A program made the translations under genes and the position numbers. From Eledone cirrhosa (taxonomy: Eukaryota), in NCBI GenBank assembly GCA_964016885.1, contig OZ024745.1, positions 56,668,001-56,732,000 of the forward strand: 64,000 nucleotides of DNA, in the 5' to 3' direction. Below the pieces are notes generated by a model. The model was not told the DNA's origin, made no database searches, and saw only the letters and a list, made by a program, of their open reading frames with translations. Shown piece after piece: positions 1 through 13,090 of the stretch (the stretch's first letter is position 1; each line of letters begins with the position of its first letter).

Positions 1-1412
1 AATACTCCCGTTTTGCTGCCAGTTGCAGTAGAGGGCTTCGAAGAGATTGGAGAACAAATCTGGCATATTTACGTAAAGCTCGTAGGGCAGACCATCCAAA
101 CCGGGTAACTTGCGCCTCATGCAGCCGAAAAGGGCATCCTGAATCTAGGCTGAAGTAATTGGCCTTTCGCAGCGCCCAGCGTCAGCCGTCGAGAGTTGCA
201 GCAAGCCATCGAGGTAGGGACTGAAGTCCGCCACCCATATCTGACCCGCCACGTCCCCCGAACAACCGAGCAAAATGTTGGCGAAAGGCATCACACATCC
301 TCTTGGAATCGCACAGCTCGTGCCCGTCTCGGTCCGTGAAAGACCGAATCGTGGTTTTATAACCACGCTGCGCCTCTGTCACGTGGGCCCATCGAACAGC
401 TTTGGTTCCCTCGTTTCTCAAAGCATGCGCCTTAGCTCTGACAATGCAACCTTCGTGTTTCTCATTGAAGAAATGGTCTAATGCCATTCTCGCCGCTAGC
501 ACATCAGTTGCAATGACACTACCAATAGCCTCGTCTAACTTATCTACCAACTCCCCCTCCTTTCTATTTTTCTCTAATGGTACTTCTTTGCTAAACTCTA
601 TCGACATTACTCTAATCTCTCTTTTGAGAGCCCCCCACCATCTATTGTTGACGACTCCCCCTGTCAACTGTTTCTTAACTAAATTGTTGACCTGGTCCCT
701 GTAAGCCTTACGTGCCGGAAATGACAAGTGATCTGAATAGGCGACCGTTTCAAAACGTGGACAGCTTACACTATTTCTGTCTATTTTCCTAATGAATATC
801 CTGTCTATATACGATCTAGATGACCCTATGCCGTTAGCCCAGGTCAACACTGGCGCATTAGGGAAATCTAGTCGGTACCTGTCAGACAGTTGGAACTGGC
901 TGATCAGGTTCTTGAGGCTTTTGCACCCCCTGCTCCTATCGCATACTCCCACACAGTCCCAGCGTGCGTCTAAGATGCCGTTCCAGTCTCCCGCCAACAG
1001 TAAAGGGCGAGACGTACCCAGAAAGGCTTCCAGGCATCTAAAGAAGTCCGGCCATCTTGCCACAGTAGGAGCATAGAAGGCCACCAACCAATCTAAAGGC
1101 ACCACCTTCATTATTGTTCACGTCCAGGACCACCAACTTCCCTTCCGGGTCCCGGAAGATCGACCTTACCTCGAGATCCAGGCCTTTCCTAAACAGCACT
1201 TCCACCCCGCCTCCCATTCCCAGCCGGCTAACAGATGCAGAGATCTGATAGTCGTCGAAAATGGAGGCTTGTGCGCGCGTGTCGGAAATCCTGGTCTCGC
1301 TGACTGCAATCACATCCATTTCTATAGACCTGAGGTCGTTGAGCAGGTGACCCTGCTTCCAGGACGATCCCAGGTCTCGAACATTTATGCATCCTACTCT
1401 TAATACGGCCAT
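1..1412 (-). pseudogene. Tx1-type ORF2 N-terminal part (APE endonuclease and start of RT), disrupted
   Basis: ORFs 1038-1412 and 182-1111 carry APE motifs GDWN, YIDR and SDH; frameshifts present. Confidence 0.88.
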
Positions 1413-1443
1413 GTTGGCAGGTTAAACAGAGAGAGAGGAAGGT

Positions 1444-3357
1444 TTACTTACCTTCCGAGCTCTGGTGAAGGTCGGGTTGTACGACCTCCATAGATAGTGG
1501 GCTTTCTTTTGGGAACCCCTTTAAAAGTCTTGAAGTGGGGTTTACGTTCGGGGTTCGAACGTCCCGAAGAAAGCTGTCTAGTATTTCTTTGAATATGTCG
1601 AGCGACATTCGCACCAGAACTAAATCTTCCGGCACGCGAAATGTGCTCGATTTAAACATTTCCCCCTCCTTTTGTATATTTTCACTTCGTGCGACGAGGA
1701 CCATCAGTTCCTTGTTGGCCCTCCTGACGAGCAAGAAGTTGTGTATGTTTTGTTGGTGTGATTTTATTTGTTTGCGTGGCTGTGGTGGTGATGGTTTTGG
1801 TGGTGTTGTTTCGGTTGTATCTGTGTTTGTTGTGACTGCGGTGTCTGTGGTTTCAGATGTTTGTGTGTATATTTGTTCTTGCGTCTGTTTCGGTTGTTTG
1901 CGTTTGGGAGATTCTGGTGATGGTGATGGTGGTGTTGATGTTGGCGTTATTGGAGAGATGTTTGCGTGGGTGGTGTCTGCGTTTTTTTATTCTGGGTGCT
2001 TTTGTGCTTAGTTGAGTTTTTTTTTCTTTTTGTGTTTCCTTTTTGTATTTTGGGGGATTTGGGATTTCCCTCATTTTATGGGTGTGTGTATTTTTTGGGG
2101 GGAGAGGGCGAATTTGACAGCTTTTCTCGTTTCCCCCCTGGGTGGTCAATGTTGGTGGTGGTCTTGCTATTGGTGTTGTTGTTGGTGGTTTTGCCGGTGC
2201 TGGTGTTGGTTGTGGTGCTCGCCCCGGCGTCGGCAGCAGTGGAGCCTTTCGACCCCTTGCTTCTTTCAGCAGTTGAGGGCAGAAGACCCGCAAATGGGTT
2301 TTTTCCCCACAAACAAAACACTGCGGCCTTTTGCCTTCTGTCATAATGTGAATGACCGTCCCATTCTGAAGGCGGATGTTGTCCGGGATTTTCTTCACAT
2401 TCTCGGGCCTGATCTGGAAAGGATCTCCTGGTCAACCCCGGACTATTCCTCTCTGGCAGTTCTGGTCACTTCTATAGGGACTGTATCCGTCCCCTCCACA
2501 ATCACACATCCCAGAAGCCACCACATGTCAAGTCCTGGTGAGATTCTGGGAATGCGGAGACGGGCCGTTCTTTTTCCCATGTGGGAGGGGTACGTTATGA
2601 CCTTGCTGCTTTTGCAAGTCATAGCGTGTTTCATAGCGAGGGCTTCTGACTTGAACAACACCGAAATGGTGCCGTACTGTTTGCCCCTCTCTATGTACTG
2701 GGTGTCTTCTCTGATGCACCTCAGCGCGACTTCGACATCTTCTTCTGGGTTTAAAGCTGCCCTTTTGGTTTTGTGCTGAGATGCATCTATAATGCACCGT
2801 TTTGCGCTCCACTGCCTCAATAACTTCTACCGGGACAGTTAAGTTGGCCCAATTTTGCTCTTGCTTGATGAGCTTCCATGCATGGGCCAACTTTTCATCT
2901 TTGTTTGAGAGGTCCATGTTGAAGCATGGCCTCTTTTTTGCTGCTGCTGCAGCGAAAGTGTTCTTCTTGTTTTCGTTGTGGGTGTTGTTGTCGTTGTTCT
3001 TGTTGGTGTTGTTGTTAGCACTGTCGCTGTTATCATTGTTGTCTTTGTTGCCACCGTTGTTCTCGGTGCAGTTGGTATTGTTGCTGTTGGTGTTGTCGCT
3101 ATTTGTTTTCATGTTAGTGGTGTTGATATTGTTGTATTTGTTATTTTTTTTTTGTTATCTGTATTTTCGTTGTCGCTGTTACTGTCATTTTTTTCAAAAT
3201 TAGAGTTCTTATTGGTATCATTGGTGTCTTTGTTTACCTTGTTTGTGGTGGTGTTTGTGTTATCAATGTGTGTTAATTTCGCTGTAGCGCTCCTCTCAAC
3301 TTCTACGCCGTTGTCTCACGACAGCCGACATATCGCTGGGGGGCGTGGCTCAGCCAT
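1444..3357 (-). pseudogene. Tx1-type ORF1 (gag-like, zinc knuckle), frameshifted
   Basis: ORF pieces 2528-3112, 2443-2820, 1853-2398 and 1444-1734; homologous to the ORF1 at 18031-19793 (IERGKxYG..I..MWW.LG..CxxC). Confidence 0.8.
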
Positions 3358-3559
3358 GTTTTTTTTTCTTCGTAAATTTGTTAACATGTAAAAAAAAGTT
3401 CAAATAATTGGGCCAAAAGGCCCAAATATTATACTTTCCCCTTCACAGGGCAAATTCTAAGGGTTTATATCCCTTACACAACAAGAATTATTTAACAACA
3501 AATAATTTTAAGAGGCAAATAAAGCGACTTACTGGGAGCGAGCAAAATACGTCCGCTTA

Positions 3560-3560
<1 letters not shown>

Positions 3561-3619
<59 letters not shown>
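3561..3619. repeat. (AAT)n microsatellite separating two divergently oriented LINEs
   Basis: Direct reading. Confidence 0.95.
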
Positions 3620-3628
<9 letters not shown>

Positions 3629-3980
3629 TTATAGAACAGAACACAGACAGAGGCAAACGCAACAACGGACACGGGTCTCAAACGTTTTGAACACAACTCC
3701 TACTTCCCTTAGCAGCAGCAGCAACAGCAACACTAGTAACCGATGTTACTGGCCTTGTAAGAGAAAAAGGAAAGAAAAGCAGTCAGACATTCAAACATTA
3801 CAATGAAACTTCTGTTTGTTTTTGTTGTTGTTTTTTTTTTTTAGGTTTTTATCTATTTGTTTGTTTGTTTATTTATGTTCGTCTACAACGTGACGGTGCC
3901 ACGCTAAAATCACCGGGGGTGATGAAATCACCGGTAGTTATGTAACCATACATTCACCAATCCTCGATATGAGTGCTTAA

Positions 3981-6678
3981 ATGTCGAACCTAAACAGTTC
4001 GAATAACGGTGAAGTGGTGACTGGAATGTCATGTGATAGACTCTCACCCAGCAGATGCTCCCTGGCCCAGCAGCAGGGACCTGGCTGTCATCCAAATACT
4101 GCTGGTGTTGGAGAAAGAGGAAGAAGGAAAGGGACCAAAACCAACTGGACGAAAGAAATGAATAGAGCTGTTACGCAATATTACCTAAAGAGTAACCCCA
4201 AGGAAAAAGGCTATAGGAAACGGATGCATAACATCTGGAACGAGATTGTTCTATTTAAATTAGATGAACAAAAATTGGCCGCGCAGGCTCGGGTAATAAG
4301 AACTACTGGGTGGATAAGCGAGATGGAACTGGAGGAAATGAGCAGAGAGATTAGGTTGGAAATGGAGAGTGGAGTATGCAAGGCAAACGAGCCAATGGGA
4401 AATGGATGTGAAGAGGTTGAGAGAACGGAGGAACCATCCGGAGCAGACAATGATCTGAATGCTGAAATAAATAATACAGATACGGCCATTGAGGAGATGA
4501 ATGCTGACGGGCTAGGACAAGATTTGGTTGATATCCTAAACTTAGTGGTAGATGAACAATGATAGTGGGAAACCTATGAACCTAAGATTTGTAGACAGGA
4601 AAAAGTTAAAAGAAACAACAGCTAAGGTGAACAAAGTCATCCCATACCTTGAGGCGAGGGGCTTTCACCAGTGCAACAATATCCTTAAAGCAACAGCAAA
4701 TGCGGTGAGGAAATTACTTGGCATACAAGCGTGAGGAAACAACAAACAAGAAAGATCAGAACCTTGGTGGAAGAAACGACTGAATGGTCAAATCAGGGAA
4801 ATGAGAAATGACATTGGAAATGACATTGGAAAGCTTGAGTCCATATTGAATGGGACACTAAAAAACATAGACACTAAAAATACACTGGAAATAAAGTACA
4901 AAACTAGGAGGAAAAAGCTAAATATTATCATAGAGGAACTGAAGCAACGCATTGTAGCAAAGAGTGCAAATGTTAGGCGATACGAGAGCAGAGTCAGTCA
5001 GTATAGACAGAACCGCATGTTTGACAGAAGATGTTGTTTGGACAGCTTCAAGGGAAAGAAAGAGTCAACGAATTGATCCCCGAGGCGGAACAAACTAGGA
5101 CATTCTGGAGAGGTATATAGGATGTTAAACATAATGACCAGGTAGTGTGGATTGAGACAGATTAGTGAACAGGCACACCAACAAACTGATTTGAGTATCA
5201 CAGTTGAAACTCTTAAGGGGTAGGCTAAAAAACTAACCAACTGGAAATCACCAGGCCCAGATGGTGTGCAGGGGTATTGGATTAAAATATAACATCCCTC
5301 CACCCGAAACTGACAACCATGTTCAATGACTGCTTGATGCCAGGTGAGGTACAAGAGTGGTTGACAAAAGCTACCACAGTTCTGGTAATGAAAGACCGAA
5401 TCAAGGGTAATGATGTTACCAACAATAGACCTATCACATGTCTGTCCGTAATGTGGAAACTGTTGACAAGCATTGTGTCTGAGGAAATCTACCATCACCT
5501 CCACACATACAACTTGTTATCGGACGAACAAAAAGGATGCCGAAAGAAGTCACGTGGTACAAAGGACCAGTTACTTATTGATAAGATGGTAATGAGGATT
5601 TGCAAGAGGAGACACACTGGTCTTGCCATGGGATGGATAGACTACAAAAAGGCATTTGACATGGTGCCTCATTCTTGGATCACTAAAAGCCTAGAGATCT
5701 TCAAGGTGGCAGATAACATCATACAGTTGTTGAGCAAAAGTATGAAGTCCTGGAAAACAGAGTTAACATCAGCTGGAGAATCCTTAGGAGGCGTGAAGAT
5801 CAAGAGAGGTATCTTCCAGGGAGATAGTCTGTCGCCTCTGTTGTTTGTCCTTGCCCTGATGCCCCTGACCCTTATACTACGAAATGTGAGAGCAGGATAC
5901 ACGTTGGGAAAGGGAGAGCTTACCATCAATCACCTCCTCTTCATGGACGATCTTAAGCTCTTCGGGAAGAGTTAGAAGGAGTTGGATGTGCTTGTCGACA
6001 CTGTCCGAATTTTCAGCAATGATATATGTATGCAATTTGGCATTAGTAAGTGTGGAGTCCGTGTGATGAAGAGGGATAAATTGAGCAGCAGCAATGGAAT
6101 CCAGGTACCAACAGGGTGAGATGATAAAGGAAATTGATACTGAAGAAGGATACAAGTATTTGGGTGTTCTGGAGGCTGATGACATCAAGAACAAAAAAAA
6201 GAAGGAATTGATAAGAACTGAATACATTCGGAGAGTAAGGAGCGTATTAAAGTCACATCTGAACAGTAGGAATGCCATAAGTGCAGTAAATTCCCGAGCT
6301 GTGTCTATTATTAGGTACAGTGCGGGAATTCTGAGATGGAATGTTGCTGAACAAAAAGAAATGGATAGGTAGACTAGGAAGCTATTGACTATCTACAACA
6401 TGTTCCACAAGAGGAGTGATGTCGATAGACTCTACTTAAGTCGATCTGAAAGTGAAAGAGGTCTTATCAGCATAGAGGACTGTGTTCAGATGGAGAAAAA
6501 CAACCTACATAAATACGTGACTGATAGTAGGGAGCCAATGCTCAGAATTGTACTGAAGGAGAGGACAATAGACCAGGGATGTCCAAGGAGGAAATAACAA
6601 CAAGGAGTAAGAGCAACCTTCATTAAAAATCCCTTCATAGTTCCTTCTTTGAGAAAACTGAATTCACAGATCCACAGA
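3981..6678 (+). mobile_element. R4/Dong-like non-LTR retrotransposon ORF, decayed and lacking its 3' endonuclease region
   Basis: N-terminal WTKEMNRAV..Y..SNP..GYRKRM..IW; RT motifs WKSPGPDGVQG, RPITCL, EQKGC, WIDYKKAFDMVPH, GIFQGDSLSPLLF, HLLFMDDLKL, YKYLG, DVDRLYL; multiple stops. Lies downstream of (TAA)n, the known target type of Dong elements. Confidence 0.85.
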
Positions 6679-7310
6679 CATGCATTTGTCCAGTGTCCTA
6701 AAATTGCTGACTTGTGGGTTTATGTCGAACACCTGCTGTCGCGTGTAGGACGGATCCGGCTATCATCTGAGTCCATCGTGAGGATTGCCCCGCCCTCTTA
6801 CTTTAGCCGGGAAGGGCAGGCAGTTTTTATCTGTCTGGTGGCCATGGCGAAAGAGATAGTATGGTGGACACGTTTGAAAGCGCTGACGACGAGCACTTAC
6901 CTCTTCGGTGATGCCCTGATTGACTTTTTCAAATTTCATTTGAAAAGGAAAATCAGAGTAGAGAGGGAAGTGCTCTCTTCCCAGCATTTTGTTGAAAGAT
7001 GGGTGAGAGAAGCAAGAATGGTCCGAGTGAATTGGCCTACTCTGAGTATGTATCTGTAAATTAAAGGTGGAAAACTGGGAGAGGGCACTTGCCTTGGTGG
7101 TCAGGGTCACTGTGGCCTTTTACTGGGCTCTCTCCACAAATGTCCCTCCGAAGTCTCCCCCCTATTGGGGAATTTTTCATTGCTATTTTTTGTTACATCC
7201 TCTGTTTTTGTTTTTTACACGCAGAAATGCCCATTTGTACCGTCCTGTATTGTCCTGCACTGTCCTTAATGTCTTCTTTATGTAAACCCTTGTGGTTAAT
7301 AAAGAAATCA
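6679..7310 (+). mobile_element. 5'-truncated Tx1-clade LINE 3' end (ORF2 C-terminus and 3' UTR)
   Basis: HAFVQCPKIADLWVYVEHLL..FHLKRKIRVER; closely similar to the reverse complement of ~59821-60470; ends AATAAAGAAA. Confidence 0.88.
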
Positions 7311-7324
7311 TTATAATACTATGA

Positions 7325-7514
7325 AGGCGGTGGATTGGCAGTATCGATAGAAGGTCGGACGCCATGTTTGACGCATAGAGTTACGGTCCTTGCCATTCTG
7401 AGTTCAAATCCCGCCGAGGATTACTTTGCCTTTCATCCTTACGGGGTCGATAAAATAAAGTACCAGTAATGCACTGGGTTATTGCTGGCCTTGTGTCAAA
7501 AGTAGAAACAATTA
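7325..7514 (+). mobile_element. tRNA-derived SINE
   Basis: A-box-like TGGCAGTATCG, B-box GAGTTCAAATCC, shared body TTTGCCTTTCATCCTTACGGGGTCGATAAAATAAAGTACCAG; five more copies in the window. Confidence 0.85.
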
Positions 7515-9461
7515 TAATACTATGAAGGATATATCATTGTTTCATAAAACGTAAGCCTCTACCATTGTTCTGTTTTCTACAATTACAATTGAAATGACAC
7601 CTGAAACGTTTTTGAATGTTCCTTAAACACCACGTGTTGATGTTATTACATTTCTCGGACTTCTTTAATCAATTGCTGAGCATACAGAGATGTGATACAA
7701 TGATACGCATCGTCATGATGGGGAAACCTAAGAACAACATTAGAAATGAAAGATAAAGAGTATATGCACATTATAATTCAAATATCTATTTATCCGATTT
7801 TTTTTCACTAATTAGAATTATTTGTTTATTTTATTGATACTTGTGTTTTGTTTTTCTTCTCTTATATCTCTCCACTAGAAACAAGAAATACTTTTTATTG
7901 TAGCCCGTTTGAAATATGGCGTTTGATTTGTCATTTTTGCAAAGAAATACTGAATGAAGTGGAAGAAAAAGAATGTGTTTGTGGTTTATTCAAGATTCAG
8001 CACTCAGAGCGACTAGAATAATGTTGTTAAGTTGATACAATGGTTAGCAATTTCCTCCTAAGAATTTCTTGAGAAACCACAAAGTTGTGACACAAATGCT
8101 ACTTATTATTTTGTTTTAAGCATTCACAAGCTTTTTGTCGTCCGTCAAATGAGAAAAAAAATACTGAACAAAATCTAACAGCAAAAGAAAACGAAATTAA
8201 AAATCTAACGAATGTTAGCACTAGTGTTTATTTCATATGAGATAAAAACAAAGCTTATCTTAACGATCTTGATAGTTTAATTCTCAGAAAAATAAAATAA
8301 TTCTTAACATTTTCGTAACTTATACTGAAATTATATTATCTGCTGCAAAAAGCCTTCCTCCCAGACGAACGTCTTAAATATAGAACGAATTTCGAGGTGA
8401 ATGAAATCTGCTATTAAAATTAAGTTTGCATTGATGATGATAATGATATTATGCAATATGTTATATAATTGATGGATTACTTCCTCTTCATTAACATTTA
8501 GTTTCAGTTCGTATTAAATGAATGTGATGATGTGATCATAGAATTTAACTAAATATTACCTCGCAAACAGCGTAAACTTTCGTAATATTTCAACCGGTTT
8601 CTCTTAGATTAGGCACTTAATAAATTGTGGAAAGTAAAGATTTGTTTTTTTTTATATAAGTAACTGAGTCAATGTTCTATTTCTTTCTATCGGAAATGTA
8701 GAACGTACCACCTATTACGAACAGTTTTGACTGAAAGCCTGTAGAAATGACAAAAAAGCAACCCAATTCCTTTTAATTGATTTTAGGTTATTAAACTTAG
8801 ATTCCATTCCATTAATTTTACTGAATTATGTAATAACACGCGAAGTCTTTATTTAATTTTAGTGAAATTTCTAATTTAAATGATACAAAAGAAATAATCC
8901 TTGCTTGTCAATTTTCCCCATCTTACTAGATTTTCCTCTCATTCAGCTGCAGCCAACAACCAAGGTGCTATTTAACCCATGTAATCTCTTACGGGCAATG
9001 AAAACGAACCGTGCTAGAATTTCCATGATATTCAGCTTTATATATAAGTAGTGACGGCCTCAAATCCCAACGTAAAAGTTAGAACGATCAGTGGTGTTTT
9101 GCCCGTTTATAAAACATTTATTTCTGCATTTCTCTGTGAAGCTTTATGCAAGAGAGTATTATCCACATAGGGAGCTCTTGTAAAATTTGAACACAAAAGG
9201 AACATAAAGGAAAACATTGTTAGTTCCTTTATAAGATTAAACGAATAACAGACCTAAAACGCCCAAACCCAATGATGTACTTACGCTCAGAAGTAGTTGT
9301 TAATGTCAGATTATTTATGTTATTATCTCAGGAGGATTTGATAAAATAGAAGCATTTTCCAAACCGATCTAACAGAACGTGTTTTTTCGCAAAAGAATAT
9401 TTTCCGTGCCATCCTCCATTCTCTCGCTATCTTGCTATTTCATATTTCATTTCTCATTCTA

Positions 9462-9497
9462 TCTTCTGGTGAAGGACTAGTTCCCGAAATGTAAAGA
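9462..9497 (+). ncRNA. Degenerate minimal type I hammerhead motif
   Basis: TCTT-CTGGTGA-AGGA ctagt TCCC-GAAA-TG-TA-AAGA; core CUGANGA changed to CUGGUGA. Same repeat family as 55336-55371. Confidence 0.5.
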
Positions 9498-9598
9498 CAC
9501 GTTTCCTACTATATCAAGCGTTATACTAATATATTTATTCATTATACTGTACCATTCGCTTGGTTATTTCTGTATCCTTTTTGCATATATATATATAT

Positions 9599-9600
<2 letters not shown>

Positions 9601-9670
<70 letters not shown>

Positions 9671-9745
9671 GCGTGTGTGTGTATGCGTGCGTGCGCGTGT
9701 CTGTGGGTATGTGTGTGTGCGTGCGTGTGTGTTTGTCTGTGTGTG
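9601..9745. repeat. (GT)n microsatellite
   Basis: Direct reading. Confidence 0.95.
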
Positions 9746-10885
9746 CGAAAGAAATATACATTGTTATGACCTGTCTTAATCCGTAGTACGGGAGATTGAG
9801 GAGTTCCAAACAACTTAACAATAGATAAATTTATATTGGTGTAAGAGCGGAGATCCACGTGATTGTGTTAATTATAGTGATTGTAAAGACAGAAAAAAAG
9901 CAAGACGAAACGCAAATAAGACATAATACGCTAATTAACTGTTTGAATGTTCAAATGTGAGAGAATTCCAGTGAAAAATGTGGGGCTTGATGTGGGGCTT
10001 GTGGCGGTCATCATAGATTAATTTGAGGAAGAAAATAATGCAAGAAATTATGAATATTGTATACACAGCACGATAGCTAAAACAAGGTGTATACGGTTAC
10101 TAAGAATAACTGTTGCAGCAGAAGAGCGAGAGTAAAGCAGGATATGTTATTGTGAAGACATCGGACAATTGCAGCTGGGGGCTTGCATGTTGTTGGTAAG
10201 GGGTTGAGCGGAACACTTCGCACATAGGTTTGTCGTCAACTATATAGATCTGTTTTTTAACCAAATTACAACTTCCCTATTATATCTTGACATGTTTTGC
10301 ATGCACAACAACACCAGAAGCGAAATATATTTTATGATATTTCTATAACCTTTTTAAAATGTTTACTTTACGGTGTTATGCATTTTCTTGTTTTTATTTA
10401 TTGAACATCGAAAAGATAACAATGATTTTGTGAGTAAAGATTTAATGGTTCCTAGATATGCAATGTCGAAATGTTTTCTTTTTTCTATAAATAATTTCTC
10501 TTGTCCACATTATTACTAAGGGAATTGCTAAGAAAAGACTTGCTCTGTAACACATATTTGAATCCTAGGCACATTGATTATTTTTATTCATTCATATCTG
10601 AAATTTGCAAAATAAATGACCAAATGTGAATACATGTTGATATTTTCCCTCTTGCATTGGAATATTTATTGCATTACATTCAGAAACAGAATATGAAATA
10701 TCATGCATAGTAATACATTTTTAAAAGCTAATGTCATAATTACCGTATTAATGCTTTGGTATATCAGGTCTATTGCTATATATTTATATTCCTCTCTTGT
10801 TCAGCGAAAATATATTGCGTCCCATCTTTACATGTCAAAATTCCCTGAAACGATATGTAACTTTATTATCATAAAGGAACCCACG

Positions 10886-10948
<63 letters not shown>

Positions 10949-11994
10949 CATAATAAATAATTGAAGAATTTGTTCAATTTTTGTCACCTCACAGCCGAAT
11001 TCCGTAGCGATTTCGTCTCTAAGTAATTAAGCCCAGTTCGGACTGATTGATACAGTGCTGCCCTACTATACATTGCGTGAAACACCTGGTAGGATTGTTG
11101 TTTCGTTACATTATTAATATTTAAAGTTCTGGATTTTGAGCTTAAATTTAAATTGAAGTTCAAATCCCCAGTCCGAGTGCCTCCTTTAAAGAGGTAAGAG
11201 AGTTAATTCCTTTCCCATCGTCTCTTCAGCAACATAGAATTGTAAATCTCTTTACTGTGGTGGCAAACACAGGAAGGAGACATGCTGGATTTCGACATGG
11301 TTTACTCAGGAGAAAATGACTAATTTTTGCCTGTGTCGATTTACTGAACGACACCGATTGAAGATCTCTTGCCGGTTCCAGTTGTCGCAACTAACTGCTG
11401 GAATATATACATTTTACGTAAATACTTCTAATAGTCAGGCTTTTGGCGAAACTGGCCTACTACTCCCATAGCATGATTATAATTTAAATGGCTGTCAGCC
11501 GTCTTAATAGGAGTAATGCATATTCTCGCCTCACAGTCAGAGTAAGACGTAATATTAAGAACACATACAGAACTTCGTCTGCAGTGTATTTTCCTAGCTC
11601 TGAAAATAATCAAAGTGTTTTATGGTACATTTCTCGACGACTATTCCTCATTAAAGCAAAAGTGGGACTTGGTAGCCATCTAAGAAGACATTGCAGGTAA
11701 ATGAATCTACCTCATACGGGCAAATGACCACGTCATATTTGAAATTGTGCCGACAGCCACCATCTTCCTCCCGTTTGGCTAACAGTGGGCCTCTTCTTGC
11801 TTACATCTCACTCACGTCGGACGTCTGTACTTTTCGCTCATGAAATCCACCCGGCTTATGCTGATCAGGACTAACATGTTGCTTGTTTATTTCCTTTCTT
11901 TGGTTTGTTTTTATCCTCCTATGTCGTTCACTTGTCCCCCCCCCATATTACGCGATTGCTGGTCCCAATAACTTTTTTTAGATTATTGCTCGCA

Positions 11995-12065
11995 CCAACC
12001 TGAGGTATCTGATTTTTAATGTGATGAATTACCAATGATGGTTGGAAAATCACTGACGAAGGACT
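11995..12065 (+). ncRNA. Permuted hammerhead-like motif, copy A (GAAA mutated to GAAT)
   Basis: CCAACC-TGA-GGTA-TC-TGATTTTT..GAAT-TACC-AATGAT-GGTTGG-AAAATCA-CTGACGA-AGGAC. Confidence 0.55.
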
Positions 12066-12520
12066 ATTTTTATCATATGTAACCCATGTGCAAACCACGC
12101 ACTATTCTTCTTTCTTCTCATGTTTTTTATATATATATTTACCTCGGCTGCGTTTGTCTGTTTCTCTCTTACTGCTTCCCCGCTCTCTCTGTTTCTCTCA
12201 CCTTCTTTCGCCCCCTCTGTCAGTTACACTTTCTCTCGACTGACCGCTTCTTCGCACTTCCACTCACTCACTCTCTGTTTCTCCCCTTCTCACTTCCTCC
12301 CGTTTGGCTAACAGTGGGCCTCTTCTTGCTTACATCTCACTCACGTCGGACGTCTGTACTTTTCGCTCATGAAATCCACCCAGATTATGCTGACCAGGAC
12401 TACCATGTTGCTTGTTTATTTCCTTTCTTTGGTTTGTTTTTATCCTCCTATGTTGTTCACTTGTCCCCCACGTATTACGCGATTACTGGTCCCAATAACT
12501 TTTTTAGATTATTGTTCGCA

Positions 12521-12590
12521 CCAACCTGAGGTATTTGATTTTTAATGCGATGAAATACCAATGATGGTTGGAAAATCACTGACGAAGGAC
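12521..12590 (+). ncRNA. Permuted hammerhead-like motif, copy B (core intact)
   Basis: GGTA-TT (12530-35), stem I TGATTTT/AAAATCA, GAAA 12552-55 plus TACC, CTGACGA 12579-85. Confidence 0.65.
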
Positions 12591-12648
12591 TATTTTTATT
12601 ATATGTAACCCATGTGCAAACCACGCAGTATTCTTCTTTCTTCTCATG

Positions 12649-12690
<42 letters not shown>

Positions 12691-12779
12691 CACACACCCA
12701 GGAGCTGGACATCGATAAATTAACAGAGTGGAACACATTTCAACACAATGTTTGCCTGTTCTTTCTACATTAATTCGTA

Positions 12780-12832
12780 CTGCCTGAAGAGGTCACAGCC
12801 AATAATAGCTGTCACTGAAATATATATAGCAG
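12780..12832 (+). ncRNA. Type I hammerhead ribozyme motif (core intact)
   Basis: CTGC-CTGAAGA-GGTCACAGC caataata GCTGTCACT-GAAA-TATATA-TA-GCAG; predicted cut after 12828. Confidence 0.8.
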
Positions 12833-13090
12833 AGAATTTATAATAAACGAAGCCAAATTTAACATGTTTGACTTACTTATTTTTACATTACTCCGGAGTA
12901 AACAAACCAACCTGCGTACTTCGTCGAGTGCTCCAGCGAGGTGTCGGTAAACAACCAACACATACTCAACGTATATAAATATATATATATATATATAAAG
13001 GTTAGACAAGGTTCAATGAATAAATCAAAGAATGAGTTTTACAATAGATTGGAAGCACTCCACATTTTATGGTTTTCCGGAGTTATTAAT

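Larger units (their letters stand above)
1..3560 (-). mobile_element. Decayed L1/Tx1-clade non-LTR retrotransposon (5' part; continues beyond window start)
   Basis: ORF1 fragments with an Asn-rich N-terminus and a CCHC knuckle (CFVCGEKTHLRVFC), then an APE endonuclease (MAVLRVGCINV..IAVSETR..LAGDWN..SYIDRIF..YSDH) running into the RT (PGLDGLPYE). The 5' end abuts an (AAT)n tract at 3561. Confidence 0.9.
11764..12655 (+). repeat. Partial tandem duplication (~526-529 bp unit, ~1.7 copies) of a pyrimidine-rich repeat carrying a permuted hammerhead
   Basis: CTTCCTCCCGTTTGGCTAACAG at 11764 and 12293; both units end in TTCTCATGTTTTT(AT)n. Confidence 0.9.

Noticed and set aside
11960-12065. Alternative readings of the k-turn motif as a box C/D snoRNA, SAM-I riboswitch or HDV-like ribozyme
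   Set aside because: Box order and guide layout do not fit a snoRNA, and no SAM-I or HDV P3/L3 core was found; the permuted hammerhead explains more of the conserved positions.
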